Source: an uncultured virus (IMG/VR IMGVR_UViG_3300042465_005479) | Lineage: Duplodnaviria > Heunggongvirae > Uroviricota > Caudoviricetes | Length of the DNA stretch: 64,000 nucleotides | IMG/VR virus record: IMGVR_UViG_3300042465_005479 | Direction: 5' to 3' (one strand) | Shown here: positions 37,644-47,350 of the stretch, piece after piece | How positions within the stretch are numbered: position 1 is the first letter of the stretch | How the letters are laid out: each line of letters opens with the position of its first letter | Notes under the pieces: model-generated | What the model saw: only the letters and a program-made list of their open reading frames with translations | Told to the model about the DNA's origin: nothing | Database searches by the model: none | Program-made: the position numbers and the translations under genes

Positions 37644-38159
37644 TTAATTCAGTTCTTCTACTTCTTCTTGAATTACTTCACCACCGTCTCTTCTATCTTG
37701 AGATTCCAACACAGTATCTAAATTCCAACCATCATACGCTGTTAGTTTCTCACAACCTCTATCCATCCAATAGTATTCTGACATCCATTCATCCCATTTA
37801 GAATCAACTAACTTAATAAAGTTCTCGTCGTTACCTCTATCTCGGTATCGTTGGATGAACTCCTCTTTTCGATTATCATCCGGGTAAACCAAATAGAAGT
37901 ATAGACAGTTGTCTAACAAAGCATCTCTCACTTCTTTATGTGAAGAAACAAAGATGTGTTTGTATTTTCCAATATTCTCTTTGATATGGGTAATATAGTT
38001 CTGTGGAAACTCAGGGTTTCTTACCTTTTCACCATTCTCATTAATAACCCAACTAAAACCACTTGAATCAGAATCCAAAGTGGTGTCAGGATTATTTTTA
38101 TGATAGGTAGTTTTTCCCACTCCGGGAAACGCAGATACTATCTTAGTTCTCAACTTCAA
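37644..38159 (-). CDS. P-loop kinase-like protein
   Basis: SAFPGVGKT, LDSDSS. Confidence 0.7.
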   Translation of the reverse strand: MKLRTKIVSAFPGVGKTTYHKNNPDTTLDSDSSGFSWVINENGEKVRNPEFPQNYITHIKENIGKYKHIFVSSHKEVRDALLDNCLYFYLVYPDDNRKEEFIQRYRDRGNDENFIKLVDSKWDEWMSEYYWMDRGCEKLTAYDGWNLDTVLESQDRRDGGEVIQEEVEELN

Positions 38160-38406
38160 CTTCTGTTGTTACAACCTCAGCATCGGTTACGTTAATTTCA
38201 TTTACATCACCCACAACCTCAGCATTTAATTCAGTTGTCTCACCATTTTCATTTTGGTATTGGGCTTTCAACTCTTCCATTTGTTTTTCAAACATTTCTT
38301 GATACTCCGCTTGAGCTTTTTTTCTTAATCCTCTAAGAGAGTTGTTTCTTGTTGCAACTCTTGCTTTGTGAGCCTTTGCTCCACCACGTAATTTTGACTT
38401 TGGCAT
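38143..38406 (-). CDS. hypothetical protein (basic N-terminus, acidic C-terminus)
   Basis: 87-aa ORF. Confidence 0.7.
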   Translation of the reverse strand: MPKSKLRGGAKAHKARVATRNNSLRGLRKKAQAEYQEMFEKQMEELKAQYQNENGETTELNAEVVGDVNEINVTDAEVVTTEVEVEN

Positions 38407-38418
38407 AATTGTTTTTAT

Positions 38419-38946
38419 TTAATTGTTGTTTATTTCGTTATTCATTTGTTCTCGTATTTCTTCTAAAGTTATTCCCGGTTCATTCTCAACTTGTTCTTTA
38501 ACTTTTTGAGTTAATTTATCAATAATGTTTTGAGCCAAATTATTATCTCTTTCGGAAGTCGCCTTACTACCAGGAGTTGTTTCATCCTCGTCGTCTTCAT
38601 TTCTATAATAATCTAACCAATCCGGTCTCTCTTGAACTTTAATACTTTCAACCTTCTTAATCATTTTTTGAACTTCAGTTTCAGACCCTTTTAACATTTT
38701 AGATATCTGAACTTTTCGTTCAATATTTCTAAACCTATTGTAATAATCTTGAGTCTTTGCTCCGTGAAAGTTAATATCGGTTTTATTATCTTCTAAGTAA
38801 TATATGATATCAACGATTTCATCACTGTCGTCATTAATTCCCATATCATTTACCAACTGAAAAAAATCATCACATTTAATAATCTTTCTCGTCTCTGTTT
38901 TATCTCTCAAAAACTTAATTACAAAGTCACCTAATTTATTTTCCAT
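38419..38946 (-). CDS. hypothetical protein
   Basis: 175-aa ORF. Confidence 0.7.
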   Translation of the reverse strand: MENKLGDFVIKFLRDKTETRKIIKCDDFFQLVNDMGINDDSDEIVDIIYYLEDNKTDINFHGAKTQDYYNRFRNIERKVQISKMLKGSETEVQKMIKKVESIKVQERPDWLDYYRNEDDEDETTPGSKATSERDNNLAQNIIDKLTQKVKEQVENEPGITLEEIREQMNNEINNN

Positions 38947-38949
38947 ATC

Positions 38950-39294
38950 TTAATTTTTTGTTGGTCTATTTTCTTCAAACCATTCTACCATCCCATTGAA
39001 CGCCCACACAAATCCGGAAGCAATCAGTCCATCAAAGAACCAACTAACCCAACCCGGTGTTCCAATCAAAGACGTTGATGGTGAATAATACACAATTGAA
39101 AGGAAAAAACCAACCCACGTGCTAGTACACATCATACAAGTTAATAAATCCCCAAAGAATTTTGCAAGCCCATTAAAAGGTAACACACTATTACCCCAAT
39201 CTTTTAATCCATTTCTAAATCCTAGGAATATAGACCCGTAGACTAAGATGTTTGACATTCCGTATGCCGCTAATAACCAAATTAATATTATCAT
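38950..39294 (-). CDS. DUF1360-like membrane protein
   Basis: LLTCMMCTSTWVG with flanking TM helices. Confidence 0.65.
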   Translation of the reverse strand: MIILIWLLAAYGMSNILVYGSIFLGFRNGLKDWGNSVLPFNGLAKFFGDLLTCMMCTSTWVGFFLSIVYYSPSTSLIGTPGWVSWFFDGLIASGFVWAFNGMVEWFEENRPTKN

Positions 39295-39295
39295 A

Positions 39296-39967
39296 TTACA
39301 TTGTTTCACTTATATTGGAACCTTTTAAATAGACAGCACCCTGTTCTACTCTTATGGATTCCAATTGTTTATTTATTTTTTCAAGGTCCTCAATCCTTGT
39401 GTTCTTTAAAGATAGTTCTTTTCTAAGTTTCTGTAAAGTTTCTTGGAGAAGTAATGATTTGTCATTTGATTTTTCAACTTCAACAATTCTTTCCACAATC
39501 GTTTCAACCGGAACTTCTTTGATAACCTCAACTATTTTTTCAATAATTATTGGTTCAGGTTTGTCACAAATATTGTCTAAATTTGGGACAGGAACTTCTT
39601 GAATAACATTTACAATCTTCTCTTTTATTATTTCAACAGTCACCTCCTTAATCACCTCTCTATCAACATATTGGATGACTTCCACTTCTTTAATTATTTC
39701 AACGGGGATTTCAACATATTTAACAACCTCTTTGATAACTTCAACAGGGACTTCCACTCGTATTTCACGGATTACCTCAATTTCCACCTGTTTTTCTTCA
39801 ATCCCACTCGTTTTTTCTGAATCATCACCAAGTAAACCATATTTGTTAATGTTAAACCCTTCAGTATAACATTTGGATATGAACTTATCCACATCCTCAA
39901 TATTGTTTAACTTACAATAATCTTTGACGCTATTTAATTGACTATGTGTTAGTTTTATTTGTGACAC
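39296..39967 (-). CDS. protein with V/E/I/K/P-rich (alveolin-like) repeats
   Basis: EVPVEVIKEV / IEKIVEVIKEVPVE repeats plus coiled coil; GTG start. Confidence 0.7.
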   Translation of the reverse strand: MSQIKLTHSQLNSVKDYCKLNNIEDVDKFISKCYTEGFNINKYGLLGDDSEKTSGIEEKQVEIEVIREIRVEVPVEVIKEVVKYVEIPVEIIKEVEVIQYVDREVIKEVTVEIIKEKIVNVIQEVPVPNLDNICDKPEPIIIEKIVEVIKEVPVETIVERIVEVEKSNDKSLLLQETLQKLRKELSLKNTRIEDLEKINKQLESIRVEQGAVYLKGSNISETM

Positions 39968-40150
39968 CTATTTAATTTTTAACCCACTAAAATACTCAAA
40001 ATCATTAATACTAAACTCTTCAGTTCTTCCTGGTGTCGAACGATTATAATCAACAATTACTTTGGTATCAGTTATTTCTTTTATGGTCACATTGACCGGT
40101 GTAGAGCCTAAATCTAAATCAAGTGTTCTACCTATTAAATTAATTTCCAC
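39968..40150 (-). CDS. hypothetical protein
   Basis: 60-aa ORF. Confidence 0.6.
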   Translation of the reverse strand: MEINLIGRTLDLDLGSTPVNVTIKEITDTKVIVDYNRSTPGRTEEFSINDFEYFSGLKIK

Positions 40151-40925
40151 TATTAACTAGTTTCTCGGTTCCGTTTATAATATCATCAAATGATTTCATC
40201 TTAAATGATAAGAAAGGTTTTGGATTATCCAAATCAACAAATGAATACTCATCTGTTTCTAAATCATAAATCCCAAATCCGTGTTTGGTTATTGTCTCAC
40301 CATAATTCTGTTGAATTGTTGAACCCACCATATACGCTTTCTTTCCACCCGGGATGTTGAATATTTGTCTTTTGTGAATATCCCCACATAATACCAAATC
40401 ACAACCATCAAACTTATCGGTTTCAAATCCGGTCTCAAATTTATATCCGATGTCGGTTGTTAACCCCTGAACCGGTCCGTGGAATAAACCAATTTTTAAT
40501 CTACCTGTTTTTTCAATCTCAGGTGGAATGTTATGGTCAAGTAATGAATACACCACCCAATCAACATTATCATCCTCGTATTCACCTCTATTCTTCAAAT
40601 AAACAATGTTGTCATTCTTTAATGAATCAATCACAGGTGTAAGAGCATCCAATCTTGAGGAGTTGGACTCCAAGAAGTCGTGGTTCCCAATTATAACTAT
40701 GGTTTTAGCAATCTGAGAACACTCCGTAAGAATCCAAGCGACGAACTCAATAAGTTCAGGTGTCATTTGGTTTTTGGAATGAACCAAGTCTCCGGTGAAT
40801 ACAATCCTATCCGGAGCAATCTCTTTGAATTGTTCTAACATATTATTTAAGATTCCACGATATAAGTCGTGGTCTTTGAATAATCGTATGTGTAAGTCAC
40901 TAAAGTGAACTAATTTTTTAATCAT
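40140..40925 (-). CDS. sbcD: SbcD/Mre11/gp47-like metallophosphoesterase nuclease
   Basis: SDLH, GDLVH, GNHD, FHG, GDIH motifs. Confidence 0.9.
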   Translation of the reverse strand: MIKKLVHFSDLHIRLFKDHDLYRGILNNMLEQFKEIAPDRIVFTGDLVHSKNQMTPELIEFVAWILTECSQIAKTIVIIGNHDFLESNSSRLDALTPVIDSLKNDNIVYLKNRGEYEDDNVDWVVYSLLDHNIPPEIEKTGRLKIGLFHGPVQGLTTDIGYKFETGFETDKFDGCDLVLCGDIHKRQIFNIPGGKKAYMVGSTIQQNYGETITKHGFGIYDLETDEYSFVDLDNPKPFLSFKMKSFDDIINGTEKLVNSGN

Positions 40926-40935
40926 ATTTTTTTTA

Positions 40936-41157
40936 TTAGTGAGTCCCATTTGTTAATGAAATTCCGTGTTTAATACCTGAAATAAAATCTTGAGTTTCAT
41001 CTTCAGTCATATTCTTATATTTCTCTCCAATTATAATTCCAATCTCATTACCACAGTCACTCAAGTCACCGGTATAGTTCATTCTCCCAACATTTTCTTT
41101 TAATGAGTTGGCAATCCAATTTAAATCATTTGTATCAAAAGTTCTTTCAGTAATCAT
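40936..41157 (-). CDS. hypothetical protein
   Basis: 73-aa ORF. Confidence 0.65.
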   Translation of the reverse strand: MITERTFDTNDLNWIANSLKENVGRMNYTGDLSDCGNEIGIIIGEKYKNMTEDETQDFISGIKHGISLTNGTH

Positions 41158-41372
41158 TACTTATCAAATAATTTAAATTCCACATTTACGTGACCACAAT
41201 CATCACATCTGTATGTTGGGAACGGAACTATAGTGTCTTCCGAACTTCCTGTTAACAATTTGTTAACTTTTTTTATCATAACAACTTCTTTGAAGTAGAT
41301 ACTGTCACACTCCTCACATACTAATGTAGGTTGTTTTTTTAAATCAATCTTTGGTTGTAATAAATCGTCCAT
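41157..41372 (-). CDS. small zinc-ribbon protein
   Basis: CEEC...CDDCGH. Confidence 0.75.
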   Translation of the reverse strand: MDDLLQPKIDLKKQPTLVCEECDSIYFKEVVMIKKVNKLLTGSSEDTIVPFPTYRCDDCGHVNVEFKLFDK

Positions 41373-41400
41373 ATGTTTTTCTTTTAAATTTAGTTATTTT

Positions 41401-42264
41401 TTACTTCTTTGTCAAATATTTTGTCACATCCATCTTCAAGATTGTTTCTTGAACTTCTTTAGGAACACGGAACTCTTCATACTGACCAATTTCTTTTACA
41501 AGAACAATTACACATCCATACAATTTAATGTTTTCGTATTTGGTTCCTTGTAACATTTTAATAAGAAGTTTCCCGTAAAATGGTAATTGGGTAAAATAGT
41601 GACCCAACGCATTGTTTGGTAACTTATCAAACGGGTAATACATCTTTTTGGTAAAGAACGATTCTTCAAAGTTCTTCGGCTTATTACTTTTCCAGTCTGT
41701 TATCACCAAACCAAACTCAGTTTGTTCCTTATTCATAATCAACCACACCTTATCCGGTTGTCCTGTATATTTCAACTCGGGGTCACCCAATACAATCTCC
41801 GTGTCCAATAACACAGCACCCCTCTCAACCATAAGGTCCAAGTAAGCCGTTCCCGCAGATATCATACTATCCCCCTTTAATATTTGGGTGAAGTCACATT
41901 CAAATATGGGTTGTCTTACTTCTTTGTAATCCCCAAACATCTCAATGGTTTTCTTCTCCAACATATAGTGAACTCTACTCCCCATATTGGTTGAATAGTC
42001 ACCCGCCGCTTTCCACTCATCTAATAGTTGTTGTTGAACCTCAGGGTCTCCTTTGGCTTTCTTTAGTGAGATACCTTCCGTATCAAACTCCTCGTAGAAA
42101 TATTTCATTACCTTACTAACAGACGGATAATCACTTCGGATTACACCGGTTTCATCCTTCATATAATAAGTGTGGGTATCCTCAACGAATGTTAACCCAA
42201 GGTCCTCTCTTCGTTTATCTAACAACCCCCTTATTTCTTTTGCAACCTCATTTAAATCTATCAT
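41401..42264 (-). CDS. PD-(D/E)xK exonuclease
   Basis: HTYY, SVS, GSRVH..LE, TE, GQPD, DWKSNK, QL..Y. Confidence 0.8.
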   Translation of the reverse strand: MIDLNEVAKEIRGLLDKRREDLGLTFVEDTHTYYMKDETGVIRSDYPSVSKVMKYFYEEFDTEGISLKKAKGDPEVQQQLLDEWKAAGDYSTNMGSRVHYMLEKKTIEMFGDYKEVRQPIFECDFTQILKGDSMISAGTAYLDLMVERGAVLLDTEIVLGDPELKYTGQPDKVWLIMNKEQTEFGLVITDWKSNKPKNFEESFFTKKMYYPFDKLPNNALGHYFTQLPFYGKLLIKMLQGTKYENIKLYGCVIVLVKEIGQYEEFRVPKEVQETILKMDVTKYLTKK

Positions 42265-43164
42265 CTATTTCATTGTATAAAAATGATTATCTATATCACC
42301 TCTTAAATCAGCAACATCGGCATCACCCGTTAGTTTTATTATTTTAACCTTACCATATAGTCTACCCCCATTTAAGTTGTGGTATAGTTTTACGGCATCT
42401 TGCCACGCATCAGCATCAAGACATATAATTATATTCCCATTTGCCTTCTCATATAATGTATTAAGTAACAACTCCGACATATGTTTTCCCAACATAGCAA
42501 TACTATTTGGTAGGAAGATAGCATCAAACGCTCCTTCACAAAGATAGATATCGGCATTCCAATTAATTGTACTTTCAAAGAAGATTATCTCATCTTTTGC
42601 CGCCTCCGGGTTCTTATACTTAGCACGACTATTTGGGTCCCAACTTCGGGCGATAAAATAGTTTAATTCGTCCTTACTATCATAAGAAGGAATTATTATC
42701 CTACCCGAGAACGCACCCCTATCACAGAATCCAATTCCATATTTCTCAACAATCTTATCTGTAATACCACGTTGGGTTAAGTAATTATATGCCTGACGAC
42801 GAACCGGATAAACTAAACTACTATCTTTGAATTTGGTAAATCCATCAGGTAGTTTTAGTTTGTCAACACGTTTCTCTTTTGGTTTGTGATTTTCCGGTTG
42901 AAGTAGGTTGTAGATTTTTTTCTGTTTCTTATTACCAAAAGTATCTATAAGTTTTCCAAGAGGTCCTTTGGTATTGTTTTCATCCCCACAACTCCAACAC
43001 TTGTAGACGTGTTCAAAGTAGTTCACCTCCATATTTCCCTTATGTTGGTCTTCATCGCATATTGGACAGTCAAAAGATATCTGACCCTTTGACTCATAGT
43101 GAAGTTTCTCATCCCCTAAGATATCGTGTAATATCTCCAATAAAATTTCCGCATCATCTGACAT
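42265..43164 (-). CDS. dnaG: DNA primase (Zn finger plus TOPRIM)
   Basis: CPIC...CWSC, YL..RGI, RIIIP, CEGAFDA, LDAD. Confidence 0.9.
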   Translation of the reverse strand: MSDDAEILLEILHDILGDEKLHYESKGQISFDCPICDEDQHKGNMEVNYFEHVYKCWSCGDENNTKGPLGKLIDTFGNKKQKKIYNLLQPENHKPKEKRVDKLKLPDGFTKFKDSSLVYPVRRQAYNYLTQRGITDKIVEKYGIGFCDRGAFSGRIIIPSYDSKDELNYFIARSWDPNSRAKYKNPEAAKDEIIFFESTINWNADIYLCEGAFDAIFLPNSIAMLGKHMSELLLNTLYEKANGNIIICLDADAWQDAVKLYHNLNGGRLYGKVKIIKLTGDADVADLRGDIDNHFYTMK

Positions 43165-43168
43165 ACAG

Positions 43169-43199
43169 CAAAGATACGAATAAAATTATTATTATCAAA
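43169..43199 (-). promoter_or_regulatory. Bacteroidota-type promoter TTTG-N19-TATCTTTG
   Basis: Exact consensus, 4 nt upstream of the primase ATG. Confidence 0.85.
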
Positions 43200-43251
43200 A
43201 CTTTATTAGTTTTTTAATCCCCCTATATTTATGATAATAACTTTTAAGCAA

Positions 43252-43473
43252 ATGCCAACGAATATTTTAATTAACGACATATCAGGAGCAACACCGTTCA
43301 ATGTCTATCTATGTGACCAAACAAACGTCACTTGCGTTTATATTGATACAATCCCCGCATTGTCGTTACCATACGATTTTCAGGTCCCATCAATAATGGA
43401 AAATCAACCATCATATAATTTAAAAGTTGTCGATAATAATGGTTGCGTATCAATCTCAAATATCTTAATTTAA
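43252..43473 (+). CDS. small virion-associated protein (start revised)
   Basis: Paralog of the N-terminus of 46757-47329; TATTTAT 43226-43232. Confidence 0.7.
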   Translation: MPTNILINDISGATPFNVYLCDQTNVTCVYIDTIPALSLPYDFQVPSIMENQPSYNLKVVDNNGCVSISNILI

Positions 43474-43474
43474 T

Positions 43475-44536
43475 ATGCCTTGTAATTCAACATACTGTAT
43501 AAGCAATACCGGATTAGTAGGTGCCGACGATAATTACATTACAGGAGGAACCTATAATGGTGACACCTATTGGTCAGGACAAACAAGTGGTTGGACCATT
43601 TATTACTCAACCGGAACAACTAGTCAATGGTGTTTATCAGATACTTTAGGAGGACCTTGTTACTTGACAGGTAAATCACCTTGTAGTAGTCTATGTCCTG
43701 ATTTATCAAGTATTTATGTTTTTAGTGGTATATGTTTAACACCTACCCCAACACCTACACAGAATTGTGATGTGTTAGATTTTTCCGCAATGTTTAATTG
43801 TGATTTTATTCAGACACAAACACCCACACCTACCGCTAGTGTTACTCCAACTCCGACAATAACACCATCACCAACTAATTTCTGTTCAATTATTGGTATT
43901 GACGCTAGTGGATATACCTACACACCAACTCCAACACCAACACCTACCGTAACACCCACAATGTATTACGTAAATAATAGAAAAGCTCGATTACCTTTCT
44001 ATTCATCCTTAATTGCTAGAAATTGTGACGCGTCCGGATTGGCTATCTTTACAACAATAGAAGGACAAATTATATGTCCCGGCACTCAAAAATTCCAAGA
44101 TTGTTTTGATAATAAACAATATTATTACGCTAACGAAATAACTGGTGTTCCAACGGGAACTCAATTTGAGTTATATTCGGTTTATTTAGCACTTGTATAT
44201 TACAATGGTGTGAATGAATTAAAATGTGTCTCATATTATGGTTATGATTATAATCACGGAAACGATTCCATAATTCAAATTACAAACCCGGTTTCGTATG
44301 GTCTTTCAACAGAAGGTGATTGTATATACTGTCAACCAGATACTGTGCCAACACCTACACCAACACGAACTCCAACAATGACACCTACCCAAACAATGAC
44401 AATGACACCAACACAAACGCCAACACAAACACACACACCAACACCAACTAATACTCCAACATCAACATTACCAATTGTTTGTTTAGATAGTGGTATGTCA
44501 GGGTATTCATTTTCAAATACTGTGTGTCTTAGTTAA
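43475..44536 (+). CDS. Cys-rich PT-repeat putative virion protein
   Basis: TPTPT linkers between Cys-rich modules. Confidence 0.65.
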   Translation: MPCNSTYCISNTGLVGADDNYITGGTYNGDTYWSGQTSGWTIYYSTGTTSQWCLSDTLGGPCYLTGKSPCSSLCPDLSSIYVFSGICLTPTPTPTQNCDVLDFSAMFNCDFIQTQTPTPTASVTPTPTITPSPTNFCSIIGIDASGYTYTPTPTPTPTVTPTMYYVNNRKARLPFYSSLIARNCDASGLAIFTTIEGQIICPGTQKFQDCFDNKQYYYANEITGVPTGTQFELYSVYLALVYYNGVNELKCVSYYGYDYNHGNDSIIQITNPVSYGLSTEGDCIYCQPDTVPTPTPTRTPTMTPTQTMTMTPTQTPTQTHTPTPTNTPTSTLPIVCLDSGMSGYSFSNTVCLS

Positions 44537-44566
44537 TAGTAATAAAATAAAATAAAATAAAATAAT

Positions 44567-46753
44567 ATGTCATTTTCAGCATCGACTTGTTTATCATATA
44601 CAGGAACAACAACTTTAACGGAACCAATATCAATTTACACTTTTAGTGATGTGTTTATTACCGCAGTTACATTAAACCAAATAACAAATTGTCCGTTAGT
44701 TTTAACAGGAATACCTGATGGGACATCAACAATAAAGTTAAAATCAGCAAACTTTTATTGTTGTGATGTTCCTCTTACTTGTAATGACTTATGTACGACG
44801 TGTGATTTATCTTTTGATTCGTATTCAACAAGTTTAATTAGTAGAATAGTTGCAGGAAATTTAACAGGGTCTTGTCAACCAAGTATTGCTCAATATAGAA
44901 TAAATTGGTTTAAAAGTCCTGATTTTACAACACCTGTATTTACATCAGGATATGGAACAGAATTTATCCCATACAATTATACACATCCATTAACCGGTGC
45001 AACCTCACCAATGACAATCGCGGGGACTTATACACCAATTATCGATAAAATAAAATTAAACGGGTTAAATTACTCACAAACAGGTGGAACAGGATTTATT
45101 CAAGCAAACTTAGAATGTTTTAACTCCACAACCGTTGTGGTTCAAGCGTATAGATGTGATAATGGTACCGAATCCGGGGATTATACACATAGAGTTCAGT
45201 TTTCAGGAGCATCTGCGGGAGTACAACCATTAATAATGTCATCAACTTTTGAAATTTCTGCCGCAACCACAAATTATTTTGCATGGAAATTTGCAGGTTT
45301 TACAGTTCCTGACACTCTTACATTAACATATTATGGGTCACACTATAGTTATAACCCAATTATTTTAGAAAAGTGGGTTGTAGGTATTAATACAGAAACC
45401 AATATTGACTTATTAACTCTCCCAAAATCAGGTAAAACACCTACTTATTTTTCAAAAGTAACGTCATTAACCTCATTAACTCGAAATACAGGTGATTATA
45501 TAAAATTAGAAGTAACCCCAAATCCAAATAACAATCAAACAAATTGGGATTTTTATTTTACGTGTAAAAATACTTTTAACTGTAACATATGTGCATACGA
45601 TTATTTAAACACCCCATATAAAATAAAAGCATCATCTATCACAGGAACCACAGGTTCTTGTTCATCAATCAGTATTTCTTTTAACGTATCTGGATGTACA
45701 ACAAATTCAATAGAAACTAATGATATTACACGATATCAAGCATCAGGTTTATATAGTGTTAATAATACACAATATTATAATATATCAACAGACAATACCA
45801 CACAACTACTACAAAATACTACGAGTCCATTGAAGTGGGTCTCAAATAGTTGTGGGGGAGGGTATCAAAAATACATAGAGCCACCTACTTGTTTATCACC
45901 CGCAAATACAAATACAATATCATTTCAAAAATCTAACACTGGTCCATTTGGTCAAGGGTTTGTTCAAATGAGTTTTAATAATTTAAGTGATTTTTCCGCA
46001 TACTATTCATCATTTCTAAGTATTTTACCATATTCAGGAACACCATCAACACCTTCCCTTACAACTTATTATAGATGGTATGAATTATCAATACCGGAAA
46101 GAAGTGGTAGTCAAGTATGTGGGGATGGAACTAATATATTAAGATATCAATTTCATTATTCTAGTGTATTAACAACCGGTTTTACCTCAGGAAACTATAC
46201 TATAACGATAACAATGCCAACAATAACAAATGGTATGCCACCATATAATATTTGTGATGATAATTGTCAATCATATCACAATGGTGCAATCAATGATATT
46301 AATAATAGTTCGACCGGAACAACAAATGTTACAGCATTTACTTCAAATACCGGTTCTAGATACTTAGACCCTTTTGGGCGTGTATTCGTCTATTACCAAA
46401 ACGCACCCGTAGTTGCTTCAGCATCAACCGCTTATGGATATTTTATGTATAGTGATTGGTTAAACACAACAATGCCGTTTTCAGGTAATACATTACCTTA
46501 TACACCAATCCCCACATTATCAGCATCAACGTGTAATAATTATACATCAGCAGGGACAAATGTTAGTTGGGGTGCCAGACAAATGTTCATGTATTATTAT
46601 GACATAAAATTAACAGACCCTCTTAATGTCGAATCATATCAAATTTTGGCAAGACCAATTATTAATGGAGTGTATAGTTTGACATACGATACAGTTGCAA
46701 CGGTAATTAATGGTGTTCTCCAATTACCTACAAACCCATTATACACATATTAA
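44567..46753 (+). CDS. putative tail fibre / receptor-binding protein, paralog A
   Basis: Thr/Ser/Cys-rich; colinear with 48942-51197. Confidence 0.55.
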   Translation: MSFSASTCLSYTGTTTLTEPISIYTFSDVFITAVTLNQITNCPLVLTGIPDGTSTIKLKSANFYCCDVPLTCNDLCTTCDLSFDSYSTSLISRIVAGNLTGSCQPSIAQYRINWFKSPDFTTPVFTSGYGTEFIPYNYTHPLTGATSPMTIAGTYTPIIDKIKLNGLNYSQTGGTGFIQANLECFNSTTVVVQAYRCDNGTESGDYTHRVQFSGASAGVQPLIMSSTFEISAATTNYFAWKFAGFTVPDTLTLTYYGSHYSYNPIILEKWVVGINTETNIDLLTLPKSGKTPTYFSKVTSLTSLTRNTGDYIKLEVTPNPNNNQTNWDFYFTCKNTFNCNICAYDYLNTPYKIKASSITGTTGSCSSISISFNVSGCTTNSIETNDITRYQASGLYSVNNTQYYNISTDNTTQLLQNTTSPLKWVSNSCGGGYQKYIEPPTCLSPANTNTISFQKSNTGPFGQGFVQMSFNNLSDFSAYYSSFLSILPYSGTPSTPSLTTYYRWYELSIPERSGSQVCGDGTNILRYQFHYSSVLTTGFTSGNYTITITMPTITNGMPPYNICDDNCQSYHNGAINDINNSSTGTTNVTAFTSNTGSRYLDPFGRVFVYYQNAPVVASASTAYGYFMYSDWLNTTMPFSGNTLPYTPIPTLSASTCNNYTSAGTNVSWGARQMFMYYYDIKLTDPLNVESYQILARPIINGVYSLTYDTVATVINGVLQLPTNPLYTY

Positions 46754-46756
46754 TTT

Positions 46757-47329
46757 ATGACATCAATAATCCTAAATAGTATCACAGGGTTAACTTACCC
46801 ATACGATGTTTACGTATGTGATGTCTATGGGAATAATTGTGGATATATTGTTCAAATTAACACACCTGTACCAGCATCTGTAGAAATTGTATTACCAATT
46901 CCATTTGATATGGCACCCGCTGTCGGTATTAAAATTATAACCTCGGATGGGTGTGAACGATTTAATATTATTAATTGTAACTCTTTATACCCAACGCCAA
47001 CCCCAACAATGACTCAAACCCCAACAAACACTCTTACTCCAACACCGACACCAACTATAACTCCAACAAACACTCTTACTCCAACACCGACACCAACTAT
47101 AACTCCAACCCACACACAAACCCCAACAAACACTCTTACTCCAACACCGACACCAACTATAACTCCAACCCACACACAAACCCCAACAAACACTCTTACT
47201 CCAACACCGACACCAACTATAACTCCAACCCACACACAAACACCTACACCGACTCCAATATATTATTTAGAACAAGCCAACGGGTTTTACATTTTACAAG
47301 CCAATGGGTCAAAAATTATTATAACATAA
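46757..47329 (+). CDS. PT-repeat putative virion protein
   Basis: Long PT tract; C-terminal [14 protein letters not shown]. Confidence 0.65.
   Translation: MTSIILNSITGLTYPYDVYVCDVYGNNCGYIVQINTPVPASVEIVLPIPFDMAPAVGIKIITSDGCERFNIINCNSLYPTPTPTMTQTPTNTLTPTPTPTITPTNTLTPTPTPTITPTHTQTPTNTLTPTPTPTITPTHTQTPTNTLTPTPTPTITPTHTQTPTPTPIYYLEQANGFYILQANGSKIIIT
47021..47241 (+). repeat. perfect 60-bp tandem repeat (~3 copies plus a 42-bp variant)
   Basis: 47101-47160 identical to 47161-47220. Confidence 0.95.
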
Positions 47330-47350
47330 ACTATTTATAAATAAAAAGAT

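Noticed and set aside
41401..42264. Cas4-like nuclease suggesting a CRISPR system
   Set aside because: Lacks the Fe-S cysteine cluster; sits in a replication operon with primase; no array
44540..44565. (AAAAT)n microsatellite before 44567
   Set aside because: Consistent with an ordinary A-rich Bacteroidota-type translation leader
46985..47239. Antisense ORFs with VGVGV / WCRCW repeats (also 56717-57059, 32826-33059, 39599-39869)
   Set aside because: Shadow frames of PT or VEKIVE repeat coding sequence
47021..47241. Direct repeats as a possible CRISPR array
   Set aside because: No unique spacers; in-frame within a CDS; no cas genes
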